From NCBI RefSeq assembly GCF_006345805.1, contig NW_021824387.1:1-18689 (forward strand): a DNA stretch of 18,689 bases. The letters run 5' to 3'. Numbering within the stretch: position 1 is the stretch's first letter; every line of letters starts with the position of its first letter. Below the pieces are notes generated by a model. That model was given only the letters and a program-made list of their open reading frames with translations. It ran no database searches and was not told where the DNA came from. Both the position numbers and the translations under genes were made by a program. The stretch comes from Octopus sinensis. Lineage: Eukaryota. Below are positions 9,783-18,689 of the stretch, one piece after another.

Positions 9783-9990
9783 TATTCTTTTATTCTTTCA
9801 TTTATTTCAGTCATGTGACTGTGGCCATGCTGGAGCATTGTCGTTAGTCGAGCAAATCGACACCAGTAAGCCTTGTACTTATTTTATTAGTTTCTTTTGC
9901 AGAAACGCTAGTTTACGGGGACGTAAACACACCAGCATCGGTTGGCAAGCGATGTTGGGGACAAACACAGACACTCAAACACACGTACGT
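9783..9990 (-). mobile_element. SINE-like interspersed repeat fragment
   Basis: The minus strand contains TACTGGTGTCGATTTGCTCGACTAA...CTCCAGCATGGCCACAGTCACATGACTGAAA and an (AAAGAAT)-like tail. A homologous copy lies at 7880-7975. The motif is recalled as a high-copy octopus repeat but was not database-checked. Confidence 0.65.
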
Positions 9991-10066
9991 ACACACAGAC
10001 ACACGTAACACACACACAACCACACACGCATATATGTATATATATATATATATATATATGGACACA

Positions 10067-10104
<38 letters not shown>

Positions 10105-10872
10105 TATATATATTATATATAATCTATACATATATATATAATATCTGCATATATATAAGCCAGATGTGTGTGTGTGTGTGTACGTTTTTGTAATTTATAC
10201 ACATTTTTGTAATTTATGCACATTTACAATTAGCACGCTCAAATTTTAGGGGGTCATTCGTCATGACCCCAGCTGTATTTTCGTCAAATTCTTTTCCCCC
10301 GAGACACCCGCGAATAGCGGTAAATAATTTTGAGCCATAACTTCTAAATTTTTAAGATGGCGAAAGCTACCATTGTTTACAAAGCAAACATTAATTAAGT
10401 CACCTCCTAGCGACGGTGTAAAGAGAGAGAGAGAGAGAGAGAGAGACGGAGATAGAGAGAGAGAGAGAGAGATTTTTTTAATTTCGTCTTTTTACTGGCA
10501 ATAACAGACAGACAGGTGTTGTTATGTATGTTTGTATGTGTGAATGGCTTCAGTCACGCATACACACACGCGAGCATGTATGCGTAAAAGACACATATAT
10601 GCAATGTTTGTGTGTGTGTGTGTGTTTGCGTATATATATATACGGGCAACATAAACAATATTCTCCGTTTCTCCACAACTAATTTCCAAATTAGCTGAAT
10701 CCGTTGTTCTAATCATAGCGATATATAGCTGGTCGTGCGTGAACATGGGAGAGAGCAGAGGTTACCAGAGCAAAAGACCTACGTGTTGACTGTAGACACG
10801 CTCCTTCGCAAACGATCAACTATTATTTTGTAAACAATGTTTCGAAACTGTTCATGTTTTCGAAAGGAGAGG

Positions 10873-11340
10873 GGTCAACCTAAAGCCTTTGACCCGGTCG
10901 TAAAAATAAATAAAAAAATAGTAATATGTGTAAAACAACTTCCTCTAAACGAATATGACCAAAAAAACGTGCGCTCGCGAAAGGAGTGGGAGGAGAGGCC
11001 TATGGCCTTTTCTTTGATAATATCTTTCTTGCTTATTTAAATTCAGTACAATGCACTCTTGCCTTGAACCAACCATTTCTCTTTGTGTGTGTGTGTGTGT
11101 GTATGTGTTCTTGATAATCGTTTAGAACAAGTTGTTTTACACCTATTACACTATTTTTTTGTTTTTGTGCCCGGGTCAGACACGTAACATTCACGATGTG
11201 AATTTTCCGAGGCCTCTCCCCCACCCCTTTTCGCGAGCGCACATTTTTAGGGTCATATTCGATTACAGGAATTTGTTTTACACCTATTACACAATTTTTT
11301 TGTTTGTTTTTAAGACCCGGTGAAACGCTTTAGTTTGACC
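10873..11340. mobile_element. MITE / non-autonomous DNA transposon, 468 bp, ~130-bp imperfect TIRs, 8-bp TSD AGGAGAGG
   Basis: The left arm 10873-11001 is the reverse complement of the right arm 11210-11340 (roughly 80% identical by eye). The termini are GGTCAA...TTGACC. AGGAGAGG is present at both 10865-10872 and 11341-11348. Confidence 0.9.
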
Positions 11341-11448
11341 AGGAGAGGTATGACTTTCACATCTCTGCGGGAGAAGGTAGGCTTCTCTATTCCTGTTACA
11401 AAACTTACTTCCGGGTGCCAAACTTGCTTTAATTAATGGTATTAATGG

Positions 11449-11449
<1 letters not shown>

Positions 11450-11533
<84 letters not shown>

Positions 11534-11582
11534 TATACTTATTTATATGTGTATATACATATGTATATATATATATATATCT
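11450..11582. repeat. Long imperfect (TA)n microsatellite; other TA tracts lie at ~2781-2823, 4473-4559, 5003-5037, 6827-6910, 7976-8006 and 10030-10157
   Basis: Directly visible; coordinates are approximate. Confidence 0.9.
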
Positions 11583-11938
11583 TTTATATCTTATAGGCAT
11601 ATATACAGTGTACATACGGTATATATACGATTATATATACATACCTATATAAGTGTGCCTCGAAGGTCGGGAGAGGAGTTGAGTTAAAATACGCAAGAGT
11701 AGATTTTGTTTCCTCGTAATTTACCGAAAGACGGATAAATTGTTAGGAAAATTTAGAGAAAATCCTTTCGGGGAAGATTAGGATTATTTCGGAATATAAT
11801 ATGAATGAAGAGAAACACTAACATATGCACACCACAATTTACATCATATATACATCCATACATTTTATTTGTATATATATATGTATATATGCACACACAC
11901 ATACACACACACGCACACACACATATATAGTCACTAAC

Positions 11939-12092
11939 CTCAACAGCGCTCTGGTTCATTATAGCTTTCACACCATCTGTCCATTCCGGAGATGAGTTTA
12001 CAGCCAAATGGAGAGGAGTACTGCCGTAAATGTCCTTCTCGTTGACATTGCTGCCCCGAGAGAGTAATAGCTTCACAGCTTGCAGTCGACGC
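11939..12092 (-). CDS. Ankyrin-repeat gene, exon 2 (154 nt, phase 2 to 0): RRLQAVKLLLSRGSNVNEKDIYGSTPLHLAVNSSPEWTDGVKAIMNQSAVE
   Basis: Acceptor tctatcttttcctctcag|G; donor GTTGAG|gttagt at 11938. Classic ankyrin segment VKLLLSRGSNVNEKD..GSTPLHLA; phases match both neighbours. Confidence 0.95.
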
Positions 12093-12164
12093 CTGAGAGG
12101 AAAAGATAGAAACAATGACTAATTTACATTAAATATGAAATTATTTTGGCTTTGAGACGAAACA

Positions 12165-12621
12165 TCATCATCATCATCACCATCATTATCACCTGCACTA
12201 TTATCGTCAATATCATGCTCATCAACATCATTACCATCATCATCATTGCCACCACCTCCATCATTAACATCATCACCATCATCACCATCATCGCCATGAT
12301 CACCATCATCATCATCGCCATCATCATCATCATAGCCTACATCATCATCCTCATCATCATCTCCATTATCATCATCACCATCATTGCCATTATCACCATC
12401 ATCATCATCATTCATCGCCACCATCACCATCATAATCCAACAATAACATAATCAACATCATCATCATCCTTCATCAACATTCATCGCCACTATCAACATA
12501 ACCACCACCATCGGCATCATCATAGACATCATAACCATCATCAACCTCATAGTATTCATCATCATCATCATCATTATCATCATCATCATCATCATCATCA
12601 TCGTCATCAATGTCATCATCC

Positions 12622-12654
<33 letters not shown>

Positions 12655-13302
12655 CCATCATCCTCATCATCATCCTCGTCATCATCCTCATCCTCATCAT
12701 CCTCATCATCATCCTCCTCCACCTCCTCCTCCTCATCATCATCATCATCAACATCATCATCATCATCATCCTCCTCATCATCATCATTATCCTCCTCCTC
12801 ATCATCATCATCATCATCATCATAATCATCATTATCATCATCATCATCTCATCATCATCATCATCATCATCATCAGCATCCTCCTCCTCCTCCTCCTCCT
12901 CATCATCATCATCATAATCATCATCATTATCATCATCATCATCGTCATCATCATCATCATCATCATCATCATTATCATCATTATCGTCATCATCATCCTT
13001 CTCCTCCTCCTCCTCCTCCTCCTCATCATCATCATCATACTCCTCCTCCTCCTCCTCCTCATCATCATACTCCTCCTCCTCATCATCATCATTATCATAA
13101 TCATCATCATCATTCATCGCCACCATCACCATCATCATTATCATCATCCTCCTCATCATCATCATCATCCTCATCATCATCATCATCATCATCCTCATCA
13201 TAATCATCCTCATCATCATCATCATCATCATCATAATCATCATCATCATCAACATCCTCCTCCTCCTCCTCCTCATCATCATCATCATCATCATAATCAT
13301 CC

Positions 13303-13336
<34 letters not shown>

Positions 13337-13647
13337 CCTCCTCATCATCAACATCATTAACCTCCTCCTCCTCCTCATCATCATCATCATCATCATCCTC
13401 ATCATCCTCATCATCCTCATCATCCTCATCATCCTCATCATCATCATCATCCTCATCATCCTCATCATCATCATCCTCATCATCCTCATCATCCTCATCA
13501 TCATTTCATCCTCATCATCATCATCATAATCATCATCATCATCATCACCATCATACTCCTCCCCCTCCTCATCATCTTCATCATCATCATTATCATCATA
13601 ATAATCATCCTCCTCCTCCACCTCCTCCACACCATCATCATCACCAT

Positions 13648-13680
<33 letters not shown>

Positions 13681-13870
13681 CATCATCACCATCATCATAA
13701 TCATCATCATCATCATCATCATCATCAACACCATCATCAGCAGCAAGATCAACCCCATCAATATCATCATCATCATAATAATAACATCATAATCATCATC
13801 ATCATCGTCATCATCAGCATCATTATTATCAAAATCTTCATCATCATGGTCGTCATCATCATCATCATCG

Positions 13871-13902
<32 letters not shown>

Positions 13903-14030
13903 GCCTCCATCATCATCATCATCATCATAATCATCAACAACACCATCATCATGATCGACATCATCAATACCGTCATCATCATCATCATCGCCATTATCAT
14001 CATCATCCTTGTGATTGTTATGATTGAATA
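12165..14030. repeat. ~1.9-kb imperfect trinucleotide tract (ATC)n with ACC/TCC/GTC variants
   Basis: Directly visible. It fills most of the intron between exons 1 and 2 and generates the poly-D/E/M/S/I ORFs in the track. Confidence 0.97.
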
Positions 14031-14215
14031 ATGACTAATGAATTGGATCGATGACTAAAGAGAAGCTTGTTGTTGTTGTTGTTGCTAGTCTGCTGTTGTG
14101 CTGCTGTCCCACTGCCCATTACTAAGGCCTCTTTGGATATTGAACCTGTGTCTGCAATTGCAACACATTTACAAACAAAAACACATCTGCAGATTTTACT
14201 TGATTCTCAACTTAC

Positions 14216-14373
14216 CTCAACACAGCCAAATGCAAAGCTGTAAGACCCCCGACGTCTTTCGCTCCGAACTGGCTTCCTGCGTCTATCAAAATGTCGATGA
14301 TTCTTCTATCGGCGCCCACTTCACAGGCACAGATTAAAGGAGTTCGTTCAAACCAATCAATAGGTTTATTAAT
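14216..14373 (-). CDS. Ankyrin-repeat gene, first visible exon (158 nt, phase 0 to 2): INKPIDWFERTPLICACEVGADRRIIDILIDAGSQFGAKDVGGLTALHLAVL(R)
   Basis: Acceptor cttcattacag|ATT (AG at 14375-14374); donor TTGAG|gtaag at 14215. Contains the ankyrin motifs TPLICA and TALHLA. The split codon AG+G joins the next exon in frame. Confidence 0.93.
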
Positions 14374-14413
14374 CTGTAATGAAGAAAGTGAGGACATGTG
14401 AAATAGAGAAATT

Positions 14414-17400
14414 CCATTTTCTCTCTCTCTCTCTCTTTTCTCTCTTTGTCTCTCACTCTCCTTCTCTCCTTCTTTCTCTCTCTATGTCCCTCTTTCATTT
14501 CTATCCTTTTCTTTCTTTTCTCACTTTCTCTCTCTTTCTCCTTTCTCTCTCTCTCTTTCTTTCTCCTCTCTCCGTGTCTCATTTACTCCCTCTCTCTCTC
14601 TTTTCTCTCTTTGTCTCTCACTCTCTTTCTCGTTTTCTTTCCACTTTCTCTCCTCCTTTCTCTCTCTATCTCCCTCTTCCATTTCTTTCCTACTCTTTCT
14701 TTTATCACTTTCTCTCTCTTTCTCCTTTCTCTCTCTCTTTCTTTCTCCTCTCTCCGTGTCTCTTTTACTCTATCTCCCTTTTCTCTCTTTGTCCCTCACC
14801 CTCTTTCTCGTTTTCTTTCCACTTTCTCTCCTTCTTTCTCTCTCTATCTCCCTCTTTCATTTCTATCCTTCTCTTTCTTTTCTCACTTTCTCTCTCTTTC
14901 CCCTTTTTCTCTCTCTCTTTCTTTATCGTCTCTCCGTGTCTCTTTTACTCCTCTCTCTCTCTGTTTTCTCTCTTTGTCTCTCACTCTCTTTCTCGTTTTC
15001 TTTCCTCTTTCTCTCCTTCTTTCTCTCTCTATCTCCCTCTTTCATTTCTATCCTTCTCTTTCTTTTCTCACTTTCTCTCTCTTTCCCCTTTTTCTCTCTC
15101 TCTTTCTTTCTCCTCTCTCCGTGTCTCTTTTACTCTCTCTCTCTTTTCTCTCTTTGTCTCTCACTCTCTTTCTCGTTTTCTTTCCTCTTTCTCTCCTTCT
15201 TTCTCTCTCTATCTCCCTCTTTCATTTCTATCCTTCTCTTTCTTTTCTCACTTTCTCTCTCTTTCCCCTTTTTCTCTCTCTCTTTCTTTCTCCTCTCTCC
15301 GTGTCTCTTTTACTCTCTCTCTCTCTCTTTCTTTCTCCTCTCTCCGTGTCTCTTTTACTCTCTCTCTCTCTCTCTCTGTTTTCTCTCTTTGTCTCTCACT
15401 CTCTTTCTCGTTTTCTTTCCTCTTTCTCTTAATCTTTCACTCTCTATCTCCCTCTTTCATTTCTTTCCTAATCTTTCTTTTCTCACTTTCTCTCTCTTTC
15501 CCTTTTTTCTCTATCTCTTTCTTTCTCCTCTCTCCGTATCTCTTTTACTATCTCTCTCTCTCTGTTCTCTCTTTGTCTCTCACTCTCTTTCTCGTTTTCT
15601 TTCCTCTTTCTCTCCTTCATTCTCTCTCTCTCCCTCTTTCATTTCTATCCTTCTCTTTCTTTTCTCACTTTCTCTCTCTTTCCCCTTTTTCTCTCTCTCT
15701 TTCTTTCTCCTCTCTCTGTGTCTCTTTTACTCTCTCTCTCTCTCTCTCTCTTTTCTCTCTTTGTCTCTCACTCTCTTTCTCGTTTTCTTTCCTCTTTCTC
15801 TCCTTCTTTCACTCTCTATCTCCCTCTTTCATATCTTTCCTACTCTTTCTTTTCTCACTTTCTCTCTCTTTCCCCTTTTCTCTCTCTCTTTCTTTCTCCT
15901 CTCTCCGTATCTCTTTACTCTCTCTCTCTCTCTCTTTTCTCTCTTTGTCTCTCACTCTCTTTCTCGTTTTCTTTCCTCTTTCTCTCCTTCTTTCTCTCTC
16001 TATCTCTCTCTTTCATTTCTTTCCTTCTCTTTCTTTTCTCACTTTCTTTCTCTTTCTTCTTCCTCTGTTTTTCTTTCTCTTTCTCTCCCCGTGTCTCTTT
16101 TACTCTCTCTCTCTTTCTTTTCTCTCTTTCCCATTTTCCTTTCCTCTCTTTTCTCTCTCTCATTTCCTTCCTCTTTCTCCTTTTCTTTTTTCTCTTATCT
16201 TTCTCTTCCTCTATTTTCCATTTTCTCTCTTTCTCTCTCCGTATCTCTCTCTCTTCCATTTCTTTCTCTTTCTATTCTTACATTCTTTCTCTTTCCCTTT
16301 TCTTCTCTCTCTTTCTTTCTCCCTCTCTCTTTTTCCTCTTTTACCCTCTCTCTCATTCTTTTCTCTCTTTTTCCGTTTCTCTTTTCTTTCTTTCTTTCTT
16401 TTTTTACTCTTTCTCATTTTTCTTTCTCTTTCTCTCTTTTTCCATTTCTCTTTCTTTATCTCTCTCTCCTATTTTTATCTCTCACATTCTTTTCCCCCTT
16501 TTCCCTCCTTCTTTCTCCCCCTCTCTTTTTCTATTCTCTCTTCTTTATCTCTCTCCTTTTCTTTTCCCTCTCCATCTCTCTTTCTCTCTCCCTTACTCGC
16601 TTCCTTTTATCTCTCTCTTTCTTACCTCTCTTCCTCTTTCTCTGGCAATATTTTCTCTTCTCTCTCTCTCTCGCTCTCTCACTTTCCTTTTCTCTCTTCC
16701 TCCCTCTCCCTCTCTTTCTTTCTGTCTCTTTGTCATTTCCTTTTTCTCTTCTTTCCCTCTTTTCCTTTTCTCCCTTTAAGGGACTTACTTTTTTCTTTTC
16801 TCTCCTCTCTTGCCTTCTCCCTTTCTTTTCTCTCTTTCTCCCTCTTTCTTTTCTCTCATTCTCTTTATCCCTTTTACGTCTCTTTTATCCCTCTCTTTCT
16901 CATTTCTCTCTCTTTCAGTGTTTGTTTTTCCTCTTTCTTCCTCTCTCTCTCTCCCTTTTTCTCTCTTTATTTCACTCAGTACCTTTTTCTTCTCTCATCT
17001 TCCATCTTTCTCTCTTCCTCTCCCTCTTTCTCTTTTTCTATTCTCGCTCTCTCCCTCTCTGCTTCTTTTCTCTCTCTTTTTATTTCCTGGCTTTCCTTCT
17101 CCCTATCTCTCTTTATCTTTTCCTTTTCTCTCTTTCTCTCTCTGATTCCTTTCTCGCTCTCTCTCTATCTTTTTCTTTCCTCTCTTTCGCTCGTTTTATT
17201 TGTCTGTTCTCTCTTACTCTCTCATTTCCCCACTGTCTTCCTCTCTTTCTTTTTCCCTTCCTCTCTCCCTTTCATCTTCTCTTTCTTCCTCTCATTTCTT
17301 TTTCTCTCTCTCCTTCTTTTCTCGCTCTCACAATTTTTCCTCTTCTCTCTCCCTCACGTTTTCTCTTTAAACTTCCTCCTCTCTCTCACTCTTTCATTTC

Positions 17401-18689
17401 TCTCTTTCTTCCTCTCGTTTCTTTTTCTCTTTCTTTCCTTTCTCGCTCTTAGGCTTTTTTCTCCCTCTCGTTTTTTTCCTTCTTCTTCTCTCTCACTCTT
17501 TCATTTCTCTCTTTTTTCTCTCATTTCGTTTTCACTCTCCCTTTCTTTTCTTGCTCTCTCGCTTTTTTCTCCTTCTTTCTCCCTCTCGTTTACTTTTTAT
17601 TCTTCTTCCTCTCTCTCACTCTTTCATTTCTCTCTTTTTTCTCTCGTTTCTTTCTCTCTCTCTCTCCTTCTTTTCTCGCTCTCTCGCTTTTTTCTCCTTC
17701 TCTTTCCCTCTCTCTTGTTCTTCCCCTCTCTCAGTCTTTCATTTCTCTCTTTTTCTCTCCCTCATTCCTTTCTCGCTCACTCGCCTTTTTCTCCCTCTCG
17801 TTTTCCTTTTATCCTTCTTCCTCTCTCTCACTCTTTCATTTGTCTCTTTTTTCTCTCGTTTCTTTTTCTCTTTCTCTTTCCTTTCTCGCTCACTCGCTTT
17901 TTTCTCTCTGTATCTCTCGTTTCTTTTTCTCCCTCTTTCTTTTCTCGCTCTCTCGCTTTTTTCTCCTTCTTTCTCCCTCTCGTTTTCTTTTTGTCCTTCT
18001 TCCTCTCTCTCACTCTTTCATTTCTCTCTTTCTTCCTTTCATTTCTTTCTCTCTCTTTTTCTTTACTCGCTCTCTCACTTTTTTCTCCTTCTCTCTCAGT
18101 CTCGTTTTCTTTATATCCTTCTTCCTCTCTCTCACCCTTTCATTTCTCTCTTTCTTCCTCTCATTTCTTTTCTGTCTCTCTTTCTTTTCTCGCTCTCTGG
18201 TTATTTTCTACTTCTTTCTCCCTCTTGTTTTCTTCTTATCATTCTTCCTCTCTCTCACTCTTTCATTTCTCTCTTTTTTTCTCTCGTTTCTTTCTCTCTC
18301 TCTCCTTCTTGTCTCGCTCTCTCCCTTTTTTCTCCTTCTCTCTCCCTCACGTTTTCTCTATAACCTTCCTCCTCTCTTTCACTCTTTCATTTCTCTCTTT
18401 CTGTTTCTCTCTCTTTCTTTTCTCGCTCTCGCTTTTTTCCTTCTTTCTCCCTCTCGTTTTCTTTTTATCCTTCTTCCTCTCTCTCACTCTTTCATTTCTC
18501 TCTTTCTTCCTCTCGTTTCTGTTCTCTCTCTTTCTTTTCTCGCTCTCGTCGCTTTTTTCGTTCTTTCTCGCTCTCGTTTTCTTTTTATCCTTCTTCCTCT
18601 ATCTCACTCTTTCATTTCTCTCTTTCTTCCTCACGTTTCTGTTTCTCTCTCTTTCTTTTCTCGCTCTCGCTTTTTTTTTTTTTCTTTCT
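14414..18689. repeat. >4.2-kb polypyrimidine (CT-rich) tract containing ~183-bp and ~100-125-bp higher-order arrays
   Basis: Almost only C and T on the plus strand, running off the right edge. Recurrent landmarks are CCGT(G/A)TCTC and CACTCTTTCATTTC. Confidence 0.97.

Noticed and set aside
10522-10746. 74-aa ORF MFTHDQLY... as a possible extra exon
   Set aside because: It has no ankyrin motif, runs into a TG/TA microsatellite, and exons 2 and 3 already join in phase with normal repeat spacing.
12119-14031. Poly-Asp/Glu/Met/Ser/Ile ORFs, including the 388-aa ORF at 12464-13630
   Set aside because: These are translations of the (ATC/TCC)n tract. Composition flips between D-rich and M-rich with single indels, and the flanking ankyrin exons splice across the tract in phase.
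14334-18363. Very long Leu/Ser/Phe ORFs (898, 353, 328 and 270 aa) and Arg/Glu/Lys ORFs on the minus strand
   Set aside because: A C/T-only sequence almost never contains stop codons, so long ORFs are expected. There is no domain signal.

Overview
AT-rich, microsatellite-dense eukaryotic genomic DNA with no prokaryotic features. The repeat content looks like Octopus or another coleoid cephalopod (inferred from recalled repeat motifs, not from a database search). The one supportable gene is a minus-strand, multi-exon ankyrin-repeat gene. Five exons could be spliced by hand with canonical AG/GT sites and matching phases: 14373-14216, 12092-11939, 9441-9287, 8317-8281 and 1951-1739. Together they give 717 nt, an open 239-aa segment with 7 ankyrin repeats; the gene probably continues beyond both window edges. 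Two of these exons (9287-9441 and the 37-nt 8281-8317) have no ankyrin-frame entry in the ORF track. The introns hold a ~330-bp tandem repeat, a 468-bp long-TIR MITE with a perfect 8-bp TSD, a 3' RTE-LINE fragment, SINE-like fragments, two short elements with a covarying minimal-hammerhead-like fold (Penelope-like), a 1.9-kb ATC/TCC trinucleotide tract and a >4.2-kb polypyrimidine tract with hidden higher-order periodicity. Nearly all long ORFs in the track are low-complexity artefacts. I found no convincing novel multi-gene system; the most interesting signals are the hammerhead-like pair, the MITE and the exon architecture.
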